Positions 11,770-23,250 of a DNA stretch of 64,000 nucleotides are shown one piece after another. Numbering within the stretch: the stretch's first letter is position 1; the number at the start of each line of letters is the position of its first letter. Under the pieces are notes generated by a model. It was not told where the DNA came from. It did no database searches and saw only the letters and a program-made list of their open reading frames with translations. A program made the translations under genes and the position numbers. This DNA is from Hamiltosporidium tvaerminnensis FI-OER-3-3 (Eukaryota > Fungi > Microsporidia): the NCBI GenBank assembly GCA_022605425.2, contig CM061252.1:310001-374000 (forward strand), written 5' to 3'.

Positions 11770-13070
11770 TTATTTAATAAAATTCTGGGTTAACAAAATT
11801 TTCTCTTTTCTAAATAATTCTTCCCACCATTTCAACCACTTCTATTTCTTCCTCCAACTCCAACTCTTCATTTGTATTAGTTGATGGTTCCTTTGCTGTG
11901 GTTATGCCATCCAAAATAAGGGGTAAAATATTTTTTGTATTTTCCGTTTTAACATCATCTTCCTCGTTGTCTACTTGCTTTAAAGGGGGTATTAGTTGTT
12001 TATGCATCTCAGCTCGTAAAATAACACTTAATGATGCTCTCTCCCAGCTCTCCTCGGCATTTGGTCCAGACTCAAGTCCTCTTCGTCGATCAAAAGAAAT
12101 TGTTTCGACTGTCTTCTTGAGTACTATGGATTGTATATATGCCTCTACATTCATGGGTATTTGCAGTCTCTTAACATACGTCTTATGGTATTTTGTCACA
12201 ATACCGTCCCAGGTCATCACATAAGGGATTATCTCACCACTACACTTATAAATAAGACCTAACTCATTTGCTAATAGGTCATACTTCCTAAGCTTCTCTG
12301 TTTCAACAATTTGAAGAGAGTCTTGGGATGTGATTCCTACTTCAATGAGGGTTATCCTATTCTGTCTCTTGTCTAAAATAAATATATCTGGTCTGTTATA
12401 CCGAATCTTGACATCAGTTTTTATTCTGGTGTCCACTCTTATCTCTGCATATTCGTTATCAAGAATTTCTTGAACTAAGTGGCTTCTAATTTGTTTCGAA
12501 GACTTAAACTTATATTTCTTCAGCAAGAGTAAATGTATACATCGTACCACTTCATTATGTCGTCTAGTATAGTCATGACCAAGCATTTTTTCACATCTCG
12601 TTTTTAAGTGATCAACTGTTTTCCTAGACTAGTTGCAGTGTTGACACATACCTTCTGCACCCCAGAATACATTTCTATCCTGGATATAACAGAACACTGC
12701 TTCATCACGTGGTCTTACACTTCCTTTCTTTAACCATCTTGAGGAGTCATTTACACTTACCAGCTCGTTATTTCTAGCGCTATATAACTTTGAATGTAGT
12801 TTTCGGTTTTTGATTTCGTTATATAGGTTAGCATGTTGAGCTTCTTCCAATTTCTTTTTTGTGACTTCCTCTTCCAACCCGTATTTTATTTTTAAAAAGT
12901 TTTTAATTAGTGAAAGGTGGGTTTTATTATTATTCTCAACCTTTAGGATTGCTGCTCTTCTGGTCGATGTATATTTATGTTTTTCCAGACAATCCAAGAG
13001 TTGCAAAAGCATATGTTCGCTTTTGAACTCGACACTATGTAAACCTCTTCCAAGTTCTTTACGTGGAAGG
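11770..13070 (-). mobile_element. 5'-truncated R4-like retrotransposon, second subfamily (thumb, Zn knuckle, RLE)
   Basis: YLPRKELGRGL, RRHNEVV, RPDIFILD and the conserved 3' tail. Imperfect 12-bp TSD TAATTTATA(C/T)AA at 11758-11769 and 13071-13082. Confidence 0.92.
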
Positions 13071-13361
13071 TAATTTATATAAAATAAATAAAGACCAGTA
13101 TTACTTATCAAAACTACCAGTAACCTGTATAAATAAATTAATAAAAAGATATATTTTCTAATCATATAAGCCAAAATATAATTTATTCTTTTAAAAAAAA
13201 ATATGAAGAAAATACAAATAATTAAAAATACTAATAAAAGAAATTTAAAGACCAAAATTATATTCTAATTTTTTTAAGTAAAAAATAAAAGAAGAAATAT
13301 TAATATAAAGTTTCATACACATTTATTTAAAATAAATTAATTTTTTTAATTTAATTAATTT

Positions 13362-13520
13362 GAGGTGGAAGAAAATATATAAAAATGGTAAAAAAATATA
13401 TAAAAATAGTAAAAAATATTTTAACCAAGAATTTTATTAAATAAAGTATTTAAGAGGTGGAAGAAAATATATAAAAATGGTAAAAAAAATATTTTAACCA
13501 AGAATTTTATTAAATAAAGT
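13362..13520 (+). mobile_element. Tandem dimer of the last ~65-85 nt of the R4-like element
   Basis: Two copies of GAGGTGGAAGAAAATATATAAAAATGGTA...TTAACCAAGAATTTTATTAAATAAA. Flanked by a 13-bp direct repeat ATTTAATTAATTT (13349-13361, 13521-13533). Confidence 0.8.
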
Positions 13521-13556
13521 ATTTAATTAATTTAAATACATTTTATATTCTACGAC

Positions 13557-16500
13557 ATAACAAAAAAAATGGGTAGAAAGAAAAATGTTAGCAGCGAAAT
13601 ATCGAAAAATACCAAAATAAAGGCTGCAAACGACGCTGATGAGGTGAAGAGGAGTGATAGTGAGGTACAAAAATGTAAGCTACACCCACCGGCGATTTCC
13701 CTACCTTCCTCCTCCTACACAATAATAACACCTCCACCACCAAGCCAAACATGCAGTAAAATGCAAAATAGTGGGCTTGACACCTTACCTTCGCCTAATA
13801 CACCAGTTCCCTCTTCGGTTGAAGTCTCTGCGTGCGAGCCATCGTACGACATGACAAGCCCCTGTACTCTAGCTATTCCGGAAGGTAACAGGCTAATGGC
13901 ATTGCGGACGATATTCGATTCTGTGACAGCCGACCCGAAGGAATAGCCTCGAATTGTTTTTTTTGCTGTACAGACAAGGTTTGAAAGAATGCCAAGAAAT
14001 GGCTGGACAGAGCTTCACAGGTACTATAATGAGAAATTCGGCTGCACTGAAACTCTCGAAGTGTTAAAAAAATTGGCACAAAGTGAGATGGGAATGGAAG
14101 TAAAATCAGAAGAGAATGGAGAGCGACGTAGAATCGCCACTTGTCTCGCTGATACATGCACCCTGACTGACACCACGGAGTTCATAAACCTGAGAGATAA
14201 ATTTTTGAGTAAAATCAAAGAAATCTCGGAGAGGAAATTGGAAAAGTGGTGGTCCGAACTCGAAAGCTTCCAAGTGAATTGGTTGACAGTAAAGTTTAGG
14301 ACCTTATAAATCGAATTATTGGTGAGTATGCTGAATCTTATGTGCCGATGACGATAACTGCAGTGGCACGGATAATCCAGGCAGCCCAGGTATGCTATGA
14401 CGAGGCAACACGCAAAGAAAAGCCTAGATACGCTTGGAAGAAAAACATAGAAATTAAAATTTCTAAGTTAGTTCTTTCCAAAATTCTTCTCGAGAAGGCT
14501 CGTAAGCAGAAAAAGCTCTCCACCTCGGAAACGAAGAGCCTTAAGAAAATCATGCGAGAGTTTAATTTAAACTTGAGCAGCGTAACCGATCTTTCTGAGG
14601 TTTTAGTTAAGAAGAATGAGTCTTTGAATGTTTACGAGAAAAATACGATGTATGAAAGTAGGAAGCGATTCCGAAAAGAGAATCGTATGTTTGAGTTTTT
14701 CAAAGGTCAATTTTAACCTGGGTTATCTGAGCGTTTAGAATCCGAGCATTTGGTTAGCCGTGATGAAATTGTGAGTTTTTGGTCTACAATTTAGAACAAA
14801 AATGATGACACAGTCACGTACGATGATTATTTGATTCCATTTGTATCAGATAATCATCCGACCACGTTTCCTTCACTTGATGAATTTGCATAGATCATTA
14901 ATTGGCTCCCCAATTGGAAAGCTGCTGGAATTGATGGTATTTACAATTTTTTTATTTTGAAACTTACAACTCTTCACAAATATATTTATGATATTGTGAA
15001 AGTTATATGTTTAGAAGGAACACCTCAAGCTGATTGGTTTTACTGCAGACTTAACTATTTGATACCCAAAGGAATTCCACAAAGAGGCACGGACTACAAG
15101 CCAATCACTTGTATGTCCAACCTCTATAAGTTAACGATCCAGTGTGTAACGAAGGTCATTCAACTTGAAGTGGAAAGGCGAGGGTTGCTTGCAGAGAACC
15201 AATTAGGGGCGGTAAGAGGTGTGCTGGGAGCGAAAGAGCATGCTTTACTGAATATTGCCTTAAATTAGAGTGCGGAAACAATCAAAATGCAACATGGATT
15301 GATGTTAAAAAAGCTTATGATTCAATAGATCATGCTTATTTAACTCAATGCATTGAAAACCTTAATTTACCTAATTGGATCGTGAAATTTATCAAGGTAA
15401 TTATATCAAAATGGAAAATTGATATATCAGTAGGGCCTGAAAAAATCATGAGCAAGAAGATTGATAGAGGGATTTTGCAAGGAGATAGTTTGTCACCATT
15501 GTTGTTTGTGTTGTGTATGGATCCATTAAGCCGAAAGCTTAATGAAAAATACACAGAAGTCACAGTACAAACAGATTAAGAATCCTATTCTACTAATCAT
15601 CTCTTGTTTATTGATGATCTTAAGCTCCTTGCAAAAGACAGCTCCACATTGAGTGCTATGACAGGCGAGGCAAAGGAATTTTTAGAGGTGATTGGCTTAG
15701 AGATTAACAAAGAGAAGTCAGCCACAAATGATACGTGTTGTGAAGATACTGCTACTCTTCTAGAAGGTGTTAGTGTTTACAAATATTTAGGAATAATAGA
15801 AGATAGCAGAGGAATCCCAACACGTAGCTCATTTGAAGAAGTACGGAGCAAACTTATATCAAGAGTTGAAAGACTTTGTCACACTAGATTAAATGCAAAA
15901 AAGATATTTTCTGCAATCAATCAACATGCGATATCGTTAATCAACTACCACATAGAGTACTTCGACTTGAACCGGCTGACTTCTCTAAGTTAGATGATGC
16001 AGTGTTTTCGGTGTTGATGAAGAATAAGATACATCTCCGCCTAGGATGTAAAGAGCGTTTGTATCTTCCTAGAACAGAACTTGGAAGAGGCCTACATAGT
16101 GTTGAGTTGCGAAGCGAACATATGCTTCTGCAACTCTTGGATTGTCTCGAAAAAAGTAAAGAAATATCAACTAGACGAGCAGCAATCCTCAAGGTGGAGA
16201 ATAATAATAAAACCCATCTTGCACTAATAAAAGGCTTCTTAAAAGTAAAGTACAGGTTGGTAGAAGAAGTCACTAAGAAAAGTTTAGAAGAAGCTCAACT
16301 TGCAAAACTATATAACGAAATAGAAAAACGAAAACTCCATTCAAAGTTATATAATGCAAGAAAAAATGAGCTTGTGACTGTTAGTGACTCTTCAAGATGG
16401 CTAAAGAGAGGAAATATTATGCCACGAAATGAAGCTGTGTTCTGCTATATCCAGGATAGAAATGTATTCTGGTGAGCAGATGGTATGTGTCACACTGCGG

Positions 16501-17385
16501 GAAGTCTGGTAAGACTGTAGATCATCTGGCAACCCGATGTGAAAAAATGCTAAGCCATAACTACACCAGACGGCATAATGAAGTGGTTAGATGCCTACAC
16601 TTGATTCTCTTAAATAGATATAAGTTTAAGTCTTCAAAACGAATAAGGAGTCACTCAGTTCAAGAAATTCTTGATAATGAGTACTGCAGAGATAAGAGTG
16701 GACACCAGAATTAAAAACTGATGTTAAAATTCGGAATAACAGACCCGACATATTTATTTTAGATAAGAAGAAGAATAAGATAACACTCATTGAAGTAGGA
16801 ATCACTTCCCAAGATTCCCTTAAAATAGTTTAAACTGAAAAACTTAGGAAGTATGACCTGCTAGCCAATGAGTTGGGTCTTATTTATAAGTGTAGTGTTG
16901 AGATAATTCCCTTATGTGATGACCTGAGACGGTATTGTGACAAAATACCATAAATCTTAATCTTAAAAGACTAGAAATACCCATGAATGTAGAGGCATAC
17001 TATTACAATGCTATAGTACTTCAAGAAGACAGTCGAAACTATTTCCTTTGATCGACGAAGAGTACTTGAGTCAGGACTAAATGCCGAAGAGAGCTGGGCG
17101 AGAGCTTCAATGGGTGTTATTATGAGAGCAAAGATGCATGAGGAACCAATACCCCCTTTAAACGAAGCGAAGAGAGAGGAAGATGGTGCTAAAAACTTTT
17201 AAACCGAAAAATAATAGCACCCCTTATTTCACAAGGAGGAACCACTTTAGAGGAACCGACCAATAACAAAAATGAAGAGTCGGATTTAGAAGAAGAGACA
17301 AAAGTGGTTAAAGAGGTAGAAGAAAACATATAAAAATGGTACAAATATTTTAACCCAGAATTTTATTAAATAAAATAACAAAAAA
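13557..17385 (+). mobile_element. Full-length R4/Dong-like non-LTR retrotransposon, inactive
   Basis: ATG at 13569 (MGRKKNV), RT, Zn-knuckle and RLE motifs. Perfect 12-bp TSD ATATTCTACGAC at 13545-13556 and 17386-17397. Multiple stops and indels. Confidence 0.93.
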
Positions 17386-17446
17386 ATATTCTACGACTAA
17401 CTAGTAAATATTACAGTTAGAGCGAGGTAAATATTTTTGAAATAGG

Positions 17447-17581
17447 TTTTATTAATTTAAAAAATATAATTTACTTACTAGAAATATTTTAAATAAAGAT
17501 TAATAAATCATTATATATTACTTTTATTAATTGAAAAATATAATTTACTTACTAGAAATATTTTAAATAAAGATTAATAAA
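17447..17581. repeat. AT-rich direct duplication, period 75 bp
   Basis: ttttattaatt.aaaaatataatttacttactagaaatattttaaataaagattaataaat at 17447 and 17522. Confidence 0.8.
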
Positions 17582-17811
17582 TTTATAAAAAATTTAAAAA
17601 TACTTTCATATTTATTCCCTAGAAATATTTAAAAGATTAAAACATAATTTTAATTTAAACTGATTTTTCTACTTTTTAAACACAATTATTTATTTATTCT
17701 CTTGAAATATTTATACAATTAAAACATATTTTTAATTTAAACTGTTTTTATTAATTTAAATAAACATTTCTCACATCTACGATTATTAAAATTCTAAAAA
17801 GTAAAAATGTA

Positions 17812-20022
17812 CTACAATTCATATTCTTCTACAACACATATCATAACACCAGGTAAATCACTATTTTCATTACATCTACCAATAATATTTAAACAATCTG
17901 TTTTAAGAGTAGAACCTATATCATAAATATCAACCACATCTTTTAATACATTTCTAACAATTCCACAAATATGTTGATCAACAGGTCTATTATTAATTTG
18001 ACTAACAAATTCATGTAGAATTGATATAAAAGTATTTTTAGTGATAATATTTTTTTTATAAATTTTATATGCCAAAACAGTTTTATATTCTATGTCTGCT
18101 CTTGCTAAATCACACCATTCCAAACAATTTGGAATTTGTGTTCTGTATAAAATAAAAAATGCAGAATACAAACTGTTGGTCTCTAAAAGAAATTTAACTA
18201 AACTTTCTATAAAATTTTTATCAATCATTTTATCATCATAAAGTGCTACACAAAGAACAGAAAGACTAAATATTAATTCTTTAGAAAGCCATAACTGTTT
18301 CTGACAAACCAAATCAACCAAATATGTCAATTTTTTTTTAGATCGACGTATCAAAATACTTAAAAGACAAAAAGTCATAGAATACAATTCTGTTACTTCC
18401 TTACTCAATATTTTTTGACAAAAAAGTTGTATTTCATCATAAAAAAATATTCCTCGTATCAAAAATAAACCAATCAAATCAAATAAATTAAAATATGCCG
18501 TATAACTCCCTACATTCAACATATTTTTTTCCAATTTTTCAATTAAAAAAATTAAATAATTTTTTGTACAAAAATACGGTATTTTATAAACGTAGTATAG
18601 TTGTAATAAAAATTCACACGAAAATTCTTCATCTAAATTTTCTAATTTATTTTCTACAACATTTATTACACCTGGATTACTTAAATAAATTTTATTTTCT
18701 TGATTTATAAATCTATCTTTTCCATTTTTTAAATATTTTGTTAAAAACAAAATACAAAAATAATAAGTAAAAGAAGAATTTAAATGTTTCAAAACCGAAG
18801 ATAAATCTAATATTTCATAATTTTCAATTAAAAGTAAATATCTTAAACAAGTAACAACTAAAGGAGAATTATCTGATGTATTTCCATTTAGTAAAGAATA
18901 TATTGTATTATTTAAATTACCTGTATATTTAGACATTACCATACAAAGAAAAATATCTCTTTCTTGTTTTAAAGGATCTTTTTCTAAATTTAAACTTTTT
19001 AAAAATGGAATTATAAATTCATCTTTAAGAAATAATGTCATACAAGTACAAATATCAAATATTACAGATCTAAAACTATCTTGTTTTAAAACTTGAACAC
19101 TTCTAATATAAGAAATTGGATCTTCATATAATACAGTCATTTCTTTTTTACTCATAATTGCACCAACAGAAATTACATAAATAATTTGTTGTAAATTTTT
19201 TCTTAAAACATGAATTTGTCTTCTTTTAATTAGAAGAAGTATCAAATTATATTGATTGTATTCATAAGAATGTGTATTATTTAAAAGAACTTCTAAAAGA
19301 GTTTCTATATTTATGCAATCAGCATATTTTAAAATAAAAATTTTAAAAATGTCGCATAAACGAGATTGGTAGATCTCAGAATGAAACAAAATAAAAAAAG
19401 TATTAAAAAATTTTTCAGAATTTTCTTCAAAGAAAGGATGAATGTCTTGAAAAACGAGTGAATAAAATATATCAAGACTTGGAATAACAATATCAGGATC
19501 ATTTGATAATTTAGCAATTAAAAGATTAAAAATAGCACCTTTGAAAAGAGTAACAGTTCTTATAATTTCAGAATATAAATCATCACTTCTTGAAAGAACT
19601 TCATATTTTTTAAATATGGCACGAAGTGCCTTTAAACACCGTCTAAATTTTATATCTTTTAAAGGATGAATAGAAAGCTGTTCAATCAAAAGAAATGCAA
19701 AATTCTTATTTAAAAATTCTTTTTTAGACAAAAATTCTAAATAGGAACAAAGAATATTAAAATTTACATCGTTAGCTATTGCAACACAACAATAAAGAGT
19801 ATCTTGAAGAGGAAGTACTACACTTACAACTTTAGATTGTTGATTTGTAGTCAACCAAATAGAAGTAATATTTTTAATATATACGTATGCTAACGTACAA
19901 TTCTCTTTTAATAGTGTTTTTAATTCTTCTTGTCCATTGCTTGTGCTAATTAATTTTTCTAATTCGTTTTCTGCATCAATTTTTTTTGATGGAATAAGCA
20001 AATCATTTAAAAGTTTTTCCAT
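17812..20022 (-). CDS. CSE1: Exportin-2 / importin-alpha re-exporter Cse1
   Basis: 736-aa helical ORF with Cse1-type motifs SDDLYSEI, IFYSLVFQDIHPFFEEN, EDPISYIR and EVTELYSMTFCLLS. CCC motif 2 nt before the ATG. Confidence 0.85.
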   Translation of the reverse strand: MEKLLNDLLIPSKKIDAENELEKLISTSNGQEELKTLLKENCTLAYVYIKNITSIWLTTNQQSKVVSVVLPLQDTLYCCVAIANDVNFNILCSYLEFLSKKEFLNKNFAFLLIEQLSIHPLKDIKFRRCLKALRAIFKKYEVLSRSDDLYSEIIRTVTLFKGAIFNLLIAKLSNDPDIVIPSLDIFYSLVFQDIHPFFEENSEKFFNTFFILFHSEIYQSRLCDIFKIFILKYADCINIETLLEVLLNNTHSYEYNQYNLILLLIKRRQIHVLRKNLQQIIYVISVGAIMSKKEMTVLYEDPISYIRSVQVLKQDSFRSVIFDICTCMTLFLKDEFIIPFLKSLNLEKDPLKQERDIFLCMVMSKYTGNLNNTIYSLLNGNTSDNSPLVVTCLRYLLLIENYEILDLSSVLKHLNSSFTYYFCILFLTKYLKNGKDRFINQENKIYLSNPGVINVVENKLENLDEEFSCEFLLQLYYVYKIPYFCTKNYLIFLIEKLEKNMLNVGSYTAYFNLFDLIGLFLIRGIFFYDEIQLFCQKILSKEVTELYSMTFCLLSILIRRSKKKLTYLVDLVCQKQLWLSKELIFSLSVLCVALYDDKMIDKNFIESLVKFLLETNSLYSAFFILYRTQIPNCLEWCDLARADIEYKTVLAYKIYKKNIITKNTFISILHEFVSQINNRPVDQHICGIVRNVLKDVVDIYDIGSTLKTDCLNIIGRCNENSDLPGVMICVVEEYEL

Positions 20023-20024
20023 AA

Positions 20025-20027
20025 GGG
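20025..20027 (-). promoter_or_regulatory. Microsporidian-type CCC start-proximal motif (also 39170-39172 and 53539-53541)
   Basis: aaaCCCttATG, aaaCCCatATG and ttaCCCatagaaaATG precede the three housekeeping genes. Confidence 0.7.
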
Positions 20028-20082
20028 TTTAAGAATTGTTGTTTATAACAAAAAAACTGTAAAATTTCTTTTAAATAATTAA

Positions 20083-20260
20083 AAGGGGTATATTAGAGGG
20101 TTTTAAAGTATGTTAAAGGGTACTAAAGATTCAAAGGGTATTAAAAGGTATTAGAGGATATTAGAGGATATTAGAGATATTAGAGTGTATTAAAGAATTT
20201 TAAAGGGTATTAGGGGATGTTAAAGAATTTTAAATGTTATTAGAGGATGTTAGGAATATT
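20083..20260. repeat. Degenerate ~10-bp minisatellite (AGGATATTAG) upstream of CSE1
   Basis: ggtattagaggatattagaggatattagagatattagagtgtatt and variants. Confidence 0.75.
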
Positions 20261-20278
20261 AAAAGAAATAAATACGTA

Positions 20279-21006
20279 TTCATTTAGAAGTATCAAATCT
20301 GTTTAAAACAGTGGCAAGTGTTATATTTGTTTTTATGACATTAACACAGTTCTAGGTTTAACATAAAAGACTGCTACCCCAACACTCCATCGCTAACCCC
20401 TGCGATACCTACGTCCCAAAGCCTTTCATCTAATAGGTGTGTAGAACCTAAATAATAGGCGAGGCAGTTGCCCGGAGTTCGTTAATGTCCGTTGAATAGA
20501 GTGTGATCGAAGGCCAAAGCCTCCCCCCTGGGCTCCCCCAAGACTATGCAGCATTCCCTCTTTACTCTACACATTCTGAACCCAATAAACTTCTAGCTAA
20601 GATATATTTCAGCGATTCACATGAGATATACCTAGACAGTGCAATGTCATACCAACAGGTATAGCCTGCTATTTGCCTCTCCTGGCTTTTAATAGTTTTA
20701 ATTTTTATATCACCCATGCGCTAAGTCTTCATACCTGAATGAGCAAGGCTAGTTTTCCATGCTTTTACATGGCAATTACCTAAAATTTCAGCTGCGTTCT
20801 ACAATCTGGTTACATAAAACTACAAATAAATTTGTCGAAAAAGTTTCTCCGTTTCTAGACCCCTCCTCCTCATAACCACCCCCATGGAACAACCGAAGAT
20901 GTAGCGTGGTTTTATTCCCACCAAAAATCCAAACAATGATCTCACACCATCTTCCCACACTTATTGCCAAGCAGAAAGTTTTTGATGTGATTATCCTCCC
21001 TCCACA
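20279..21006 (-). ncRNA. Structured ~720-nt dispersed element, copy 3
   Basis: Full-length colinear match to copy 1. Hairpin variant GGAGGC-TTTG-GCCTTC. Confidence 0.6.
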
Positions 21007-21229
21007 TAATATATTATAAATAATACAAATATTTTTAATTTAAACAAGAACCTAAATATTCTGTATACAAATATTTTTGAAAAAACGAAATTTGAAACCT
21101 TAAAATAAGAAAAAAACTGGTAATTTTAATATAATTTATTTAGAGTTTATTATTAAAATGGCAAAACATATTTAAATTATAATTTTGTAAAAATTTTTGG
21201 TATTTACAAGATGAATTCGAAACTGTATG

Positions 21230-23250
21230 TGTTTATAAGAATCAGCCTTTGAAATATTATGGATTGAGAGATAAGTTTAAAAACCATAGAATAATTTATA
21301 AGAATCAGTCTTTGTAATATTATGGATTGAGGGATAAGTTTAAAAACCATAGAATATATAATGTGGCCTTTTATACGACTTTCTATACCCTGCCACTCCA
21401 ATATCCCAAGATTAGAATAAAATATTAAAAGCATTCATACTTATAGTATCACCTCTCTATTTTTTCTATCTGTTAAGTTTCACCAACGAAAAACGGTAAA
21501 ATTTAGCAGATTTTTCACAAATTAGATCATGTTAAGTCAGAAAAATTTAAATTTATGCTTTTTGGCGGAAAAGACTGGTTGGATGTATAAAAAAATGCAA
21601 TAAAACAAAAATATGAAAATCAAATCTAAAAAAAGCAAATAAGAATTATGAAATTAAGAAACGTAAAATTAAAAGAAAAAAATTTTAAAAAAAAATATAA
21701 ATAGGAAGAATTAATAGAAAATTTTTTGTTTTTATTTCTTTTATATTTCGGTGTTCTATATCATTCTTATTTTTTAACGTTTCTGTGGATGAATCTTTTA
21801 TTTTTTAATCTAAAAAAAATATTAGAAAAATATAAAAAAAGTCTTATACTACTAAAATAAACTTATAAAATCATAGAAACGCCTTAAAATTATTTTATGT
21901 TTATATTTATTATGATTTTTATTCAAATATATTTAGTTTAAAAAAAAAGTATAAAAGGGAAATTTGAAGACGAACTATATATCATATTTTTTATTTTCAG
22001 CATATATTTCTTCTTAAATTCGTTATAATAAGAACATTTTGGATTTCATGAGAGTTAAGATATAAAATTTTTAACATCTTGCTATTCAGAAAACTTATTA
22101 AAATATATTTTCATTTCATAGCATATTTATAAAGATAATTTCGTCTGTTAGATATTATATAATCAAAATACTTTTAATAAGACTTATTAGCCTAAATTTA
22201 AAATTTTTTCAATTGTATCTGGGTTGCTGTTTGCAATCAGTGGTTCCTCTGGGAATAAAAATAATTCATGCGACGATTGCGATTATAATTAAGATATATG
22301 GTTCTTCTTATATCTAATATTATATTCATTTTATAACAGCTACGTCTAATCGAAGATTCGAGATGTGGTCATTAAATCCATTTGAAAATGTCAAAACATA
22401 AAAATGAATGTATTAGAGGCTGTGAAAATAGTAATATAATATAAATCATAGAACTAATAATAAAATATATACTTTCTCCATATTGTTTTTAGGAGTTTTT
22501 TACAACCTTTTTTTTAGTAGTCGTTTCACCTTTTTTTTATTTGTTCATACGCATTTAGATTTCAGGGCCTTATGAATGTCTATATTAAGCCTCTTATGAA
22601 TTATATTAAACGTTGGTTAAAAGGACTTTTCCAATATCGGTATGGCCTTTTATAGCGCACTAAGAATCCATATTTATATTCCAATGAGTTTTGTATCGAA
22701 TAGGCTCTTTGTTTTTCTATTTAAATAGCCGTATAAATTTAGTTATACGTCTATGAAGTTTAGAAACCTAAGAAGTTTATAATTATGCTTTGAATAGCGT
22801 CGCTGAAATACGCCATTCATAATAATCTATTCATTGTATATTTTCATTCATTTCATTTGATTGTGTTGAATTGTATTCAGGCTTTATATTGAAACATTAT
22901 TTCAGATTTTTTTTTTGAAAAAAGCCATTAAAACTCGTAATGAACTGCCATACAATTTCTTATGTAAAATACCCATTATATTTTTCCAGGATAGTCTAAA
23001 ACATATTCCGCATTATAAATAACTAAATATTCTTCGTTTAAAATTTAAACATAGCTCTCAAAAAGTATTCTCGGAATTTTTATGGCACCGATGATAGTTA
23101 ACAATGGCAAAGAATAAAAAATTTCTAAATTTTTTTTAAATTGTTGAAACTACTTAATGGTTCACAGAAGAGATATATTTGCATATTGTAATCTTTCTAG
23201 AATCGATTTTGTCTCTAATGCCACGATTAGAAGGTTAAAATTAAAATTAA
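21230..23250 (-). mobile_element. Possible eroded Helitron/PIF1-type helicase remnant, containing a 63-bp tandem duplication at 21232-21354
   Basis: Minus-strand fragments GHTDIGKVLL (Walker A-like, ~22640) and IPRGT (~22250) in the expected order; weak. The duplication itself is certain. Confidence 0.25.

Noticed and set aside
12629-13255. Apparent membrane-protein/retroelement fusion ORF
   Set aside because: The hydrophobic N-terminus is T-rich flank beyond the insertion junction at ~13070 and has no ATG start.
2550-15579. Stop-codon reassignment explaining shared in-frame stops
   Set aside because: The stops appear to replace different residues and co-occur with frameshifts, and TAA, TAG and TGA all terminate genes in this window.
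16470-17225. Dense indels in the 3' part of the full-length R4 copy as programmed frameshifting
   Set aside because: Mostly scattered single-base insertions relative to the near-identical copy, typical of long-read consensus error.
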